Shown here: positions 40,961-55,559 of the stretch, piece after piece
Position numbering within the stretch: the first letter of the stretch is position 1
Layout: every line of letters begins with the position of its first letter
From: the human T2T-CHM13v2.0 reference genome, Homo sapiens
Assembly (NCBI RefSeq): GCF_009914755.1
Contig: NC_060926.1
Direction: 5' to 3' (one strand)
DNA length: 64,000 bases
Translations under genes and position numbers: made by a program
Notes under the pieces: generated by a model
The model's input: only the letters and a program-made list of their open reading frames with translations
Told to the model about the DNA's origin: nothing
The model's database searches: none

Positions 40961-42831
40961 TCACAGGTGAATTCTACAAATGTTAGTCACCATTGAGAAT
41001 CATTCCCAATCCTCTCTGTATACCCCTGCATTTCGTACATAGTGATCCTGGCCATCAGGATGTTCTCTCAGCAACACTTCATTTTCCCATCATTTGTGCT
41101 GCCTGCCCTGATGTTCCAGTTCATCCTACTCAGTGCCGTAATTTTGACTAAGTTGAGAACCTGCTGCATGCCGAGATGTCAATGAATGTTCACATATCTC
41201 CTTATCAACTTTTCCAGATATCTTGTTTGCATTTTAACAGGGCTTAAAAGCATTAAGCCAAACAGTGAAAAATGATATTAATTATAGGTTCCTCAATTGG
41301 TTAGTGAAGAAGATCATGACAGGGAGAGAGGGAAGAAGGGCCTAAATTGCCCCCACACATAAGGTAGCCTCTGGGGAGAGTCTGAGCTTCTGGTGGTCCC
41401 TGAGTGACTCCATAATCAACACCTAATATTGTTGCTGCTCCAGCCATAAGCCTGGCTCCTAGATCCGAGGGACATCAAAGTTGGTCCTATCATCAGGAAC
41501 ATTTTTCTGGTTAATATAGAATGTGCCACCATCCCTCTCACATTCAGCAAACACAAAGACGCATCTTCTAGCAAAGGGCTGCGTTTTGGTGTCTAATGTT
41601 CCAGCTACAGTAAAAGCCCACTGGGTCTTCCTCCTGTGTTTATAAACACAAGCATTTAATCCACAGCTATGCCTCCAGTTGCTGAAGAGAGCTGCCCTGC
41701 ATCCCTGCATAACGGGCTCTTTTCCTCTCAAACCAATTGTGGCACTTGCTTCCTTCGGCCCTGGTGCCTATCTACAGCTGTGCTTACTGAAGTGAGACTA
41801 TAATTTGCTACAGCATGCCAGAGTATTAATAGACAATTATTTATTGCAAATCTGAACCATTTATACTGTTTACTGGCTGACACAATGTAAAATTTTGATC
41901 CAAATGTTAATGTGTCCATGACATTGCATAATTCTGTTCCACGCCATGGTTTTTCTCTTCTAAATGAATCGAATTTGCAGTACAAGGAAATGGCATTTTT
42001 AATGGATGAATGATTTACAGCCTCAAACTTACTTATAAGGCTATTATTTGTGTAACTGAGGGAGAATTGACTAATTGCAATAACACAGCAAATTAGACAA
42101 ATTTAGGATTATACTGGGAACAAATTCATAGGGAGAAAAATGAAAATAACTTGCAAAGTTCTTAAAGGGTAAGTGAATAAATCTCACTTTAGCTTTACAG
42201 GGCAATTGTATTTTGGGGGGAGATCAGGTACCTTTGAGGCCAAACAGACTTATAAATATTCAATTGAGTAGAACATAGATAAAAATTACCTCTTCATAAA
42301 GAACCATATGTGTAGGAAAGAGCACTTCCAATTCTCCAAATGTTTACTGAAATTGCCTACACAAATGTTTTCAGCAGTTGGGTGAAAACAAAGAGCTTTA
42401 CAGTTATGTGGTTTTCATGAAAAAGACACCAATTTTAGCATATTTACCTTCTATTTGTTGAGCATGCAACACAATGCCAAGGAAGAATGATTTCCTAATG
42501 GAGATCTTCATGATTTTTCAAAATAAAAAATGTGCATCAGCAAAAATAATATTTCTATCTTTCTGAGGTATTCCTCTTAGGCTGTTTATATCGATTCCTA
42601 TTATTTTTTACCTCTACTCACAGAGAGATTGTTAAGATAAAAAGTGCTCAACACAGCTCTAATTAAGTCTGAGAGCTACACTAGATGTCTAAACACAAGG
42701 ACATCCAAAATTAAGACTCCTTTCATGTTTTAGTCCATGGGGCTCCCACAAATTAATAATGAGAGAAAACTAATTTGGAGTTACTCCAAAAATATCTCAC
42801 ACATAAAATATTCATGTGCCAGTCCAAATTT

Positions 42832-43607
<776 letters not shown>

Positions 43608-43719
43608 TGTATACAAAATGGCCTTCTCTTCTCTAATGGCAAGACCCTCCCTCCCACTGGCTTTAGTGATTGCTTCCTTGGTTTTCTTTCCTGTTCCCTG
43701 CAACCAGTAGCATCCTCTT

Positions 43720-44290
43720 CGAGTCTGTTCTCCACAATTCAGCTAATGATCCTCTTTCTCAAATATATGCCTTGTCTTGCCTCTCCTCTGCATAAACCCT
43801 CCCCAGAAAGATCAGGATAGAGAAATACTTTACCATGGTGTACACAGTCCTTCTAGACTTCACAGCGGATACCTTGCCACCTTCTGTCTTGCTGTTTCTC
43901 CCCTTTCTCTTGTCCTCCAGTAATCTCCAGGTGATTTGTAATCCTTGGAAACAGGCTTTGTGCTTATCTCTAATTTCAGGGCCTTTGTGCATTCCTGATC
44001 CTTCTCGCTTTGTGAGGCTTTCCCCACCCTCTTTGCTTGGCTCTTACTGAAGCTTCAAGAATGGTTTTGGATGACCTCTTCCTCGGGAAACCTTGGTTGA
44101 GCCCACCAGTCAGTCAGCTTCCCCTTGGCTTCCCCTACTTCCCATCACTGTGGTGCCACACCCAGTTTAGAACACTGGGTCTTCAATCACTTTCTCCCCT
44201 GAGCTAGAAGCTCCTGGAAGGCATGACTTGTCTTCTTTACTGGGCTTAACCACACCCAGCAAATATATGAGGAATAAGTGAAAGGTATCT
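43720..44290 (+). mobile_element. L2 LINE 3' region
   Basis: 'ctccacaattcagctaatgatcctctttctcaaat', 'caggcctttgtgc', 'ctagaagctcctggaaggcatgacttgtc'. Confidence 0.6.
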
Positions 44291-44559
44291 TGAATACCTA
44301 CTTTGTTCCAGGCACTGAACAAGGTCCTGGGGGAATACAGAAATGGTTTGTGTGTGGTCTCTTCTCTCAAATAGAATAGCTTATAATTCAGTAAAGGTTA
44401 TATAAGAAATCCAGAAATAACAGCAGAATATGGTAAGAGCCACAAGAAAGGCAGGAATTGCTATAGGGTTTCAGAAAATTGAGATTCATTCTTTCTTTAA
44501 AAACCACTGTCTTCTCTTTGTTTCTCTCTGTCTCACTCACTGAATCACTTTGAAATAAA

Positions 44560-44735
44560 GCAGACCTCGAATTAAATCCACATTCAACCACTTATTAACT
44601 GTGTGACCTCAGACAATTTATGTAAGCTTCAATTTCCTCATCTGTAAAATGAAGATAATAATATTTACCTTACAGGGTGCAGTGAAGATTAAGTGAGATT
44701 GTGCAAAGGGCCAAGAGCATAGAAGACTCAGCAAA
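44560..44735 (+). mobile_element. MIR SINE
   Basis: 'ccacttattaactgtgtgacctc...tttcctcatctgtaaaatgaagataata'. Confidence 0.85.
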
Positions 44736-45404
44736 TGGCGTTGAGAGTATTATTTCAAGGCAATGTGCCACTTGTTCTCTCAGAGCTGCTCCACTGTACT
44801 TCAAGTTTTATTACTCGGCATCTCATATTTCAACTATTAAAAAGATATCTTTAGTGTAGGAATCTTATCTACACATGGCAAATAGCTTGTTTTCAAAATA
44901 GGACACAATATACTACTCAGTTTTTTCCAATATTGATTGTAAGTTAATATTTGGAAGGGCTTCCTTGCTACTGATAAGCTTGAATTTGGGGCTTTTTGAA
45001 ATTTTAAGGTTGCAAGGATAGAAACCATAGCTTACACTCCACAGGTTGTCAAAGACTTTTTGCTGAATTTAAATTGCCAAATTTAAAACATCTGATTTAT
45101 TTATGCAGTACATATTTATTGGGTTCTTGGATAGACCCTCTTGCTGTATCCATCTTTCCTTCCACAGACCTCCATCTCGAATGGAAAAGCATCGGGGGAA
45201 ATGGAAAGCAGCAACCAACTGCAGCAATGTAGACAAGTAGTGAAGTGAAGCAATGACTGGTTGAAATTGATTCAGATTTTAGTGTCAATTATAGTCCCCA
45301 TGTCAGAGTAAGGACAAAACACCATTTCTATAACTTATATGATAAATTAAGCCAAGACAATTATCTACTACATTAATACTGGATTCAGGGTTATATACTG
45401 GTCA

Positions 45405-45570
45405 AGAGTTTGGGTTGCAAAATTAGACCTGTATAATTGTGATTTTGTACAAATTACTTAGTCTTTTTAGACTCCAAATTCTTCAACCATTTCATGGGGA
45501 TTGTAAAACTGACCTTGTGAGGTTGCTTTGGAAGTCAATTGAGATAATGCATATAAAACACTTAACACAC
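45405..45570 (+). mobile_element. MIR SINE (degraded)
   Basis: 'gtgattttgtacaaattactta...gtgaggttg...tgagataatgcatataaaacacttaacac'. Confidence 0.6.
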
Positions 45571-47149
45571 ACAGAACTCATCGCATGGATATTTTTAGTA
45601 TCATTTTGAAGATGTCATGGACGTGGTGGCATTTTAAAAAACATTAAGTTAAGGGCACCTGTTTGAGAGACAAGATGATTGTATTATTGTTACTCAGCTG
45701 AATGCTTAGTCCATACTCATTGGACAGTGTGATCTTGTATTCCTGCAGGCTGCCCAAGAATGGGGCGGGTGTGAAACATGCATTCAAGAAACAGGGTCAA
45801 TAGATCTGAAAGTCTTAACTAAATCAATGCAAATAGAAAGTTTGAATTACTACTAAAATAACCAGCTACCACCTTCTGTACATGCAAAATTGCAACATGG
45901 AAATATTAATTAAAAAGGAAACATTTTGGGGCTCTATCATGAGAAGCTAGTTGTTTGGCTCAGTCCTCTGCCTTTACGAAAAGCCTCAAATTAGTTTGTG
46001 AGAATTTTATTCTAATCTGCAGTCACAGAAACACTCTGACAAGGCTGAAAGAAAATAGACATCAGACAAATTTCAACTCAAGTTCCCATTTTGGAACAAA
46101 GCTTGCAGCACATTACATTAAGAAATATTACTTACACATCATTTAAATATCTTCAGAATAATACAGTCATCTTGTATTAAATATTTTGTGTTAAAGGCAT
46201 TATATTTGTTAATTTTATTCATTGAAAATATGCAAGTTATATAACCCTATTTAGATGCTTCTTCACTTTTCAATACTCAGAGCCTCTCAAATTACAAGTA
46301 TCCTGGGCCACTCTCTTGACCACTATGGTGTTTCAGCCTTCCCAATGCCTTCATCTAGTTCATGCCTGATTTTGAGCAATGGGGGGAACTATCCCGTATT
46401 CATATTAAATATATTTATTTTACTTTCACATCTCATTCAAGAAGAGAAGCCAGAAACAGGAATATATTGTTTAAGAGCCAGTTTTAAATTGTGTCCAATG
46501 GAATAATTCCATGGGAGTTGCGTAGGGCTTTGTCACTGATGTACATCAAGAAGAATTCAGATTTTATATTATTTGTTCTAAACCAGAACATTTTACTTAT
46601 TATTCATAATACATGTTGAAAGCAGACACCAAAATGGCTCATTTGGAGCCTTTTCTTCTCGCCTGCTAATGCACATTAACGCCAGTACACATTCTGTATT
46701 ATAGATCCATAAAATGCATTTGCATAATATTGAAATTATAATCCCAAATGTGTACTAAAAACCTTTATGAAAAATTGTCACTGCTCAGCTACTATACAGT
46801 GGCTAATTTTTAATCTTAGCCTCTCAGCTGCGAGTAAAGATGGGGTGTTCTTTAAATAAAAAATCTCAGGAGTAAGATCCTGGAACCTTAACTCTCCCCT
46901 GTTTTAAGTAGGCTGTTTTTAGGGGGAGAAATAGACTATCCAAAGTGCTAAACAGCTGCCTCCATGGTGATTCTGGTATTTTGTGGACTGATGTCTTGAA
47001 TTTTTAGATTAGGTGAGAGTATCTTTAGTTAACCTGCCTTGCGTCGCCAATGGGATGAGCGAAAAAGCCCTCTGGAGCAGAATCAAAGTGGCTGAGGTGG
47101 CAAATATTTTAGCAGAGAATACTACTGGCCACTGCTTCTTGAGTGCCAC

Positions 47150-47280
47150 CTATGTCCTCGGTGCTGCAGTGGACCTTGGAATAAATTATAACAGTGAACC
47201 CTCACAATAATTCCGTGAGCTAGCTAGCTGTCCCTGATGGAGACATTGAGACTGAGTCTCAGAGAGGCTAAGCACTTGCC
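47150..47280 (-). mobile_element. MIR SINE fragment
   Basis: 'cctcacaataattccgtgag...gatggagacattgag...tcagagaggctaagcacttgcc'. Confidence 0.55.
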
Positions 47281-47969
47281 ACATCTCTCATTTCTCCAAT
47301 GTAGACCCTATCTGTTCCATATTCTAACTGCTGTATCCAAGAAGAGTGTTTAATTTATATGTTTGAGTCTTCAAATGATTCCACAACTGTGCTTTCAAAT
47401 ACTTCCCAGAAAGTTCTAGATGAGACTTTCCAAAATTAACATCACAGAGTTACATTTCTACCAGGCCTTTTTGACATATACTTTAATAAGGGAAACCCTG
47501 ATAAACAGGCTGAATTCTCACCTTGTGCACAGTGGGGTCCAGTCGGAGAGTGGCCCTGCATTTCCTCTGTGGAGCTGGTCATTTCTTGGTCACGGGACCT
47601 TCTTGCCTTTTTCCATGGCCCTAGGCAGAAGTTTACCCTCTGTGTGATGTCAGGCAGTTCTACTCAGTTCACCAAATTGTGAAGTAAGGAAATGTTCCCT
47701 GGTGCCCTCATACCAGACTCTACCTCCTTTTTCCTCTTCTCTGTCTTCGGAAATGTATAGCTGCAGGAGGGGAACAAGAAAAACATAAGTCAAGCAGGCA
47801 TGTCCCCGTGTCCCCCACTCTACTCCCACCCTGCACCCTGCTATAGCCATCTGATCCTAGTGGCTTTTTTTAATATAAGAATCAAGGAGGGAACCAGAGA
47901 TAAGACAGAATGAATTCCCTACCTTATATGGGAGATTTTGGTTTGGAAAAGAATTCCCTTATTTTCTCT

Positions 47970-48490
47970 TAATCATTTATTTAATATTCATTTATTTGAT
48001 GTTAATAGATATTATACACAGTACTAATGCCAAAGGTATAATAGTTCTAAAATTATTTTTTATGCTGTGGAAAGTATGTCTCTCTTCTACTCCTTTTTGA
48101 AAACATACAAACAATAGCGTAGTATATGTGATATATTGCACCTCATTTTAAAAATGTGTATCTTAGAAATCCTTTTTTACAAGGCCACGTAGAGCTACCT
48201 CTTTAACACAGATATGCTATAAATTTTTTAACCAGTCTTCCTTTGATGGATATTAAGGTTGTTTCCAATTATTTGCTATTAAAAACATTGCTGCAATAAA
48301 TCATGAATCCATAAGTCATTTGGAAACGTATCAATAGATCTAAGAGATACAGTCCTGGAAATGTAATTGTAGGGTCACAGGACAAGCACACTTTTAATTT
48401 TGGTAGATTCTGAGAAATTGTCCACCCTAGAGATTGTACCAATTTAAACTCCCTCTCCCCTCAACCCACTAGCAGCAGTGCACGAGAGTC
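47970..48490 (-). mobile_element. Old L1 (L1ME-type) fragment
   Basis: 'tgatggatattaaggttgtttccaattatttgctatt...tgctgcaataaa', 'gattgtaccaatttaaactccc'. Confidence 0.8.
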
Positions 48491-48649
48491 CCTTAGTTTA
48501 ACCCTTTAGATCAAGAGGTTCTGGTAGGATATGGCTAAGACTTGAGAGAAGGTGGACTTACGGGAAGGTCGGAGAGAAGCCTGGCTTTGTGGACTGAATG
48601 TCTAACCTCTTCTCAGGCAAGCTACAAAAGAAAAGGACTAGGAAACTCT

Positions 48650-48835
48650 TAATAAGACCATTCTATTCATTTCAAAGACTCCGAAATAGTCTCAAACATA
48701 TGGGTCTCATGTCTGCTGCTAAAAATTTCCAGGAGGTAAATTCCACAGCCTTCTTTGGTAAACTATTTGGCTTCTCACAACTCTTCTGAAAGTCAGGACA
48801 TTATTCCTGATGTCTAATATAAATCTTTCCTGCCT
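48650..48835 (-). mobile_element. CR1/L3 LINE fragment
   Basis: 'tccacagccttctttggtaaactatt...gtcaggacattattcctgatgtctaatataaatctttcctgc' resembles antisense L3. Confidence 0.55.
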
Positions 48836-49063
48836 ACATCCACTTGTGGAAAACGTGTGCTAATATTTCCCTAAAGCAATGCAAGTTCAACTGGCTAGAT
48901 AACATTATGCGCTAATTTCATGGCTAAAGTATATATCCTCCTGTTTTGCTTTAATAGCAGGCATCTCTTAAGTCGTTTTTAGAAACATTTGATGCCCACA
49001 CAAGGGAACATGAGCCCTTTTATTGTGTCCCATCTTTGTTTTAGCTATGGACTTTACAAAGAC

Positions 49064-49092
49064 TGTGTGTGTGTGTGCGTGTGTGTGTGTGT
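49064..49092. repeat. (TG)n microsatellite
   Basis: tgtgtgtgtgtgtgcgtgtgtgtgtgtgt. Confidence 0.95.
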
Positions 49093-50299
49093 ACTTTACT
49101 TTAAAATTCTGTAGTGCCCTCTTGTTTTCTTTTTCTCATATATTATAATCATAGAATTGTGATACCTTCTCATTAAATGCTGATTAACATACAGCTTTCT
49201 TAACAACACATTCAATATCACTTCTGCTGAAGGAAACAATGTCTGTAACTGAGAGGCGTGTAGGTCATTTCTGAGTATATCTTTCTCCTGCTGTCTAGAT
49301 ACAATAACTATTTTAGGAACATTTGGCATCCAAAAAATCCCAGCATTGTGCAAATTAAAACATCTGCTTATACTTTGACACTCTCATTCTTCAAAGATTA
49401 GTTGGATTTGCGGTTGCTTTGTTCAACAAGCCTGCTCTTAGAGCTCAAGGATGCACATTTAATTATTGGGAAGATCTGTTTGACAGAGTTGTGGGGGAAA
49501 AAATCACCCATTATATTCAGACCAGCATTAACATTTTTATAGAACAAGATTGCCTGAGAGTCAAAGAAGAGGGGAAAACTCCAGGAAAATACATATGAAT
49601 CTATTTGGTCACTGGTCTTCTACTGATATACAAGACTCCAGCAAACGACTCTTTGCTCTGTTCCCCAGAGCTCATCAGCTTGCTGTTAAACTGGCATTTC
49701 TGATTTCTGCCGAGGTGAAAGACAGCAAAGTAAACTCTGCTTCCAACAATAAATAACAGAAGGAGTTTTTCTTTTCATTCAAAAAGGCTTTAGATCACAG
49801 CAGACAGCTACAACCAGGTGCATTTAGCTACATTTGTCATTGCCACAAATGCAAAACATGTGAAGAATCTGTGGCAAACGGGTCAAGATCCAGCCTTTTT
49901 CTACCTTATTTTTACATCTGTAATTGTTACCATTGCCATAATGAAGGCCAAGGTGCCAATAGTAAAGCCAGCATCTCCTGATTGGTTTATTTATTTATGC
50001 AAGTCATTGACACTAGGTAGCAGATTGTACACTGGAAGGCTTTCTGTGTCTCAGGCCAAAGACTAGTAATCTCCCTGGGCAATGCCGAGATCACACATGT
50101 CAAGAGGCAGCAGTGACTCGCAAGCCAACTCATCACTCACCTCGTCCCATCACTGGCCTGGCCCACTCTCATTGCAGTCTTTTCATTGCCATTCCGAGGG
50201 GGCCTACAGACCTTAGCTGTTGCACAGGGAAGAAAGGGATAGGAGAAGGGAGAATGCATAACACATGCAGCAAGAGGGATTTGGTGAGGCAGGAACCAG

Positions 50300-50389
50300 C
50301 AGGTGAACAATGACTCATTTGGAAACATGCAGCTGGGTGTGTGTTATTTGCATATCAGAGACCCTTTGTTAAAGTGGCTTGCCCAGCTG
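50300..50389. promoter_or_regulatory. Candidate enhancer: E-box / AP-1-IRF composite / octamer cluster
   Basis: CAGGTG 50300, TGACTCAtttgGAAA 50311-50325, CAGCTG 50330 and 50384, ATTTGCAT 50346; motif evidence only. Confidence 0.45.
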
Positions 50390-52300
50390 TGTGGGCACAT
50401 TGGTGGGGGGTCGGGGGGGCGCTGGTCAGAAGCAGAAGATGAATTCTCAGAGAAAACAGAGTGACTTCCTATCTAACTGGTGCACAAGTTGAGGATGGCA
50501 TGCTCATAGGGGACCTGCTGCAGAAAAGCTGCGTGCTTCTGAGATTTATTTTCCTTTTGCAAGTATATTATTTCCAAACTCGTCTTTTCAAGATCTTGCA
50601 AATTCCCTTGAAAAGAAAAGATTCAACAGTTTAAGGAAAACAACAGCAAAACAAAAGCCATGTTGATGAGGGACAGAGATAAGGTTGGGTTTGAAATGAG
50701 TGACGAACCTCGTAATGAGGTGTGCAGCTTTGTATATAAAGTGATTTCTCTGTGGTACTTTTCCAGATGTGATGGAATACATTTATTTTTGTGCTCATCT
50801 GAACTGAAATAATACAAACGAGATACTAAAAAGATATCATTATGTGCAGAAGTAGGCGAAGAATTTAGAATCCCAATTCTATAAGTTAACAGCTGTGCGT
50901 AAAGCAATTCGGAAATGCTTCAAGTCTGCAGGTTGCCTGGGAATCTCTGTCTAGCTCGTATGGACTGGTGACAATCTACGTGTGAATCCTGCATGTTGAT
51001 AGTTCAAGGCTACTTTATTTCAGGCAGAAATAAATAGCTGGTAGTAAGAAGTCTGTCTCCACCGAAAGCCTGCAGTACAGCTGAATATAGCCACTGCAGT
51101 AGTGCCATAAAACGGGATGAGTTTAAAACTACCAGATGGTACCCTGTACAGTGCCTGAAATAAAATGGAGAATTAGGGTGCCCCAAGGTGTGCACAGGAA
51201 AGGCAATTACATGAAATAAATGTGCCTTGGGCCTACAGGATGCTCAAGTATGCTACACAGGAGACATACAGTACATCTGGTGAACAGATTTTATCACACA
51301 CTGGAAAGCCATAAAGCACGCCGTTGAATATCGGAACCCCGTCTTACAATGACATTTTACCTGTGTTGCTATTCAGTGCTGTTTATTTTAAAAGGTGCTG
51401 TAATCTCAATGATGTGTTTTAAAAGCCTCCTTAACAATGTTTTCTACTATGTCCCATTTTTGGGGGTACTTTCAATGCAATGAAAATCTGTGGACAAATA
51501 GCCACTCTGGTCACACGAGATCTTGTTTTTATTTCATTTATCTCATTGCTGATGTGATTTGAGTAATAGGATTGTACTTGTCAGCACTCCCCATTAGGGA
51601 AAATGCCAACATATTTTTAATGCTATTTCCCACCTCTCCATTGTACTGTCTGTAGCTTCACTAGAGTTTCCCTCTCCACCCACTCCTCCTTTTTCTTAAC
51701 GTTCAAAGAAAATGTGATTTTTTTAGTGGTGGGGGTTTGTGAGGAGGATTTGTTGGCATGGAGCCGTTTCTTGCTTCTTCCTCCACAGACGCAAATCTGC
51801 TTTCTGTTTGAAAAAGGTGTGTTTCTCTTCCGTTGTAAAAATGGCTGAGGAACACATAACATTCATTATTGTTTTAAGAGTTGCTGTAATAAAATCCTCT
51901 CAGTACTTAAAGATAGTTTTAGTATCCCTCCTAGGATTCATGCTAGCTTTGGTAATTGGGTAATTGCATCCCCTCCCCCACCAATAAATATTTTCACCCA
52001 ATTAAGTTTAAAACTATAATAAATTTTAAAGAATTATAGTCTAAAAATTCATACCCTAGAACCAGTATTAAGTATGAATATTTATCTTAAGCCATCAAGC
52101 AGTGCAGCCTGTTTAGATGCTCCCATACCTTCTGTGCAGCGTCCTAGCTCTCGAGAGCTGCTGCTGGCAGTGCGGCTTCCCCGAGTGCCAGGAAGACTTG
52201 TGCCCTTTACTGCCTGTATGGTTTTCAGACAAAGCAATCCTTTACTTTCATGTTCCTGTCCTTCTTTGTTTCCATGCGGCATTATTAATTTGTCCACTCC

Positions 52301-52328
52301 ATTCATTCATTCATTCATTCATTCATTC
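52301..52328. repeat. (ATTC)7 tetranucleotide repeat, likely L2-tail derived
   Basis: attcattcattcattcattcattcattc. Confidence 0.9.
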
Positions 52329-53320
52329 CTATCTTTAGTAAGTTCTAACTGAGTGATTGGGCCCGTGCTTATGATTGAAGCTGGGTATGGAGAGACGCAT
52401 AGTTGGACCAAGTGGCTGCCCCGACACAGCCCACAGCTTATTAATACCTTCACTCTCTCCCATTCACTCCACAAACCAATGCATCCAGATACATCTTCCA
52501 GGCCTTTATTACAGGTTCACCCTCTGTTGCACAAGAGCATATACTCTCAATGCTAAAGGGCAACTAAATGACACAGGGCACTACCCTCATTGCTCAGATG
52601 TGTAACAAATGCAGAGTAGCATCCAGAAGACTGTCCAGGAGTTCACATTTCAAACTCCAGCCCAACAGAGCCAACAGAGATGCCAAACCTCCTGTTCCCT
52701 CATGTTGAAAATAGAAATTCAATCACAGCCCCCAAAGCTGGTAGCTTTTGGCAACAGTAACACCTGGAGCTCTGGAGCCAGGAGCAAGGACAAAAGGGCA
52801 CCACTGGCAAAGCTGAAGCTGAGGTCTGGGAGAAGGGAAAAGTGCAGCTACAGCAAGAATGAAAGAGGAATTGATGACTAGGAGAAGAAAGAGAGCCAAA
52901 AAGAACAAATCAGTAGGCCCAGCTGGTGGATGAGAAGAGGGTGGACCCTGGACTCTGGGGCTCTGTTGGGCACTGACCTGGTCTCCCCACCACCATGGTT
53001 TTCCTCAGTTCTGCTGCCTTCTTTCATCCACTTTGTCCACTTCTCCTAAGCCAAACCATCCTATCCTGCTGCCCACAAACGCCCAGATCTGTTCTTCCCT
53101 GATCACCCGCTCCACCTCCACCATCAAGGCTTAACCATCTCTGCCCCATTTCCACCCATCACCTTTTAGGAAAAGAGCCTGGCAGCATTGCATGCCCAGG
53201 TGGTCATATTTCAGATGACACATTGTGAAAACACAATGACATAGACACATAAAAACAGTGATGCTGAATCTCTAGGTAATGTGGTTTTGGGTGCTGAGCT
53301 CTATTAATAAAGAATATGTC

Positions 53321-53717
<397 letters not shown>

Positions 53718-54629
53718 TCAATAATTTCTGAGGACGTCAACAGGGAAGTTGTTTTTAAAATTCAGGATCATAATACCTGAAAAGAATCAGAATCTAGTAA
53801 CTTTTCTTCTTCAAAACCTTTCTGATGGGATTCTAGGTGGGGTTGTTGGCGATGGTGGCAGTTGGGGTTCGCCAAGAAGAAACGTCCAAAAAATTGAAGT
53901 TCAAAGCTGAGCTGAAGCTAAAATCAGTCTGGTATTTGGCTCTTTATATCATACACAGAACTGGTCAAGAGGATGGCAATCATAACTTCATTTTATTTAC
54001 TCTGAAATATTTCAGATAACTTTAATTAGTTTCAAAGATGTTATTTGAAGAAATAAAAGTAATACATGTCAGAAAAATGGTCTAAGTGAAGGGCAGGAAA
54101 AGATGACGGGGAAGAATTTGTGAGAAAAGTCTTTGTGTCTGTATTTTCTTTTTACTATATTCAGATTTTTCATCAGTTCTTAATCAGCACTATAAGCAGA
54201 AGTTGCAGGCAAGGGCAGGAGAATGGCATTGGTAGTTTTAGGGAAGCTATGAGGGAAAAGTGTGTGGGGGAAGGAGTTCTTGGTATGAACTGTACAAGTT
54301 TGTTTCAATGCTGTTTCTCCAAGGGCAGGTTGGGCTACAGGTGGCTGCTTTCTGGCTGATGCCAGTTGGCATGTCACCTGCCCTGAGGGTGGAGTTTTCA
54401 GAAGGAAGGGATCAGACCAGAATCAGCCAAGGTTCCAAGGAGCCTCCCCTAGATGGATACAGTCTGAACAGGTGTGGAGAAAGGTCGTTTCCATGGCAGC
54501 TGTCACTAGGCACTCTGCCAGGGAGGCTGACTAGTACTTAGTGGACTGGATGCAAGATGTCAGCATCTCCAAACTACCCTGCTGTATGAACAATGCGTGG
54601 GCAGCACCCAGCTTCCAGCAAGCAAGGCT

Positions 54630-54865
54630 TTAGAGCATGATGGGTAAAAAGAGAGCGAATGCACCGAACTCCTGCTGCTGTTGTTTCCCAGCTGTGCAAA
54701 CTCGGACAGGTTATTTTATCCCTTTAAGCCTCAGTTCTCCACTCTATAAAGTGGGCATGAAAACAGTAGTGCTTTCCTTATAAAACCGTCATGAAGAATC
54801 AATGAGATAATCCACATAAAAGTACATGGCCTGGCTTACAGTAAGGACTCAATCATTTTTAGCTA
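54630..54865 (+). mobile_element. MIR SINE
   Basis: 'agcctcagttctccactctataaagtggg...gaatcaatgagataatccacataaa'. Confidence 0.7.
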
Positions 54866-55559
54866 TTCTTACAAATAACAACTCTGTAGGCAAGGATGAA
54901 TGAACTAGAGCTGTAGAGAGGAGCAGAGGGAAATGAGACTCTCTTTGGAGCATCATAGAAAAGCATCAGAAAGCACATAAAAGAAAAAATTAGGGGAAGG
55001 CATAGTGAGGGTAGAGGACATACAGCTGGTGAGAAATGAAATTAGATTGGACTCACTCTTCACCTAATATCACAAGATTTTCCATCACTAAGGATCCTCA
55101 GCCAAGGGATGGGAATCTTTTGGGATAAGCAGAGGCAAGTGGTGGGTGTGGGAGAGCAAATCAGAGACCATTCTAGAAGTTGGCCTGGTGGCAATAAGTG
55201 ACGAGAATTGCATGGGTGCTTACCCAGTAGCTGTTGGGTGTGGTAAAAGGTGGGTCACAGCTGTTATGCTACATGTAGATATAAAGACAGAGGAAGTGGG
55301 GAAAGGGGCCCTGCGGGTAAATGTTGACTATTAGTGTGGAAACCAAAGTCAGGACAACCTGGGTTGTGACCCCAGAGATTTTGCCAAAGCCAGTTGAAGG
55401 TCTTTAGACACCAGAGGTTCTACAGGGTCTCAACATGTGATGGTACAAATGGGAAGGTTTTGTGCTTGTAGAAAAGTGGTGACATTGAGGAACAAAGAGA
55501 AACCTGTTCATAAGGCCTTAAACAACATCACATGCTGGTATTCGTTTTTTTAAGGTGAC

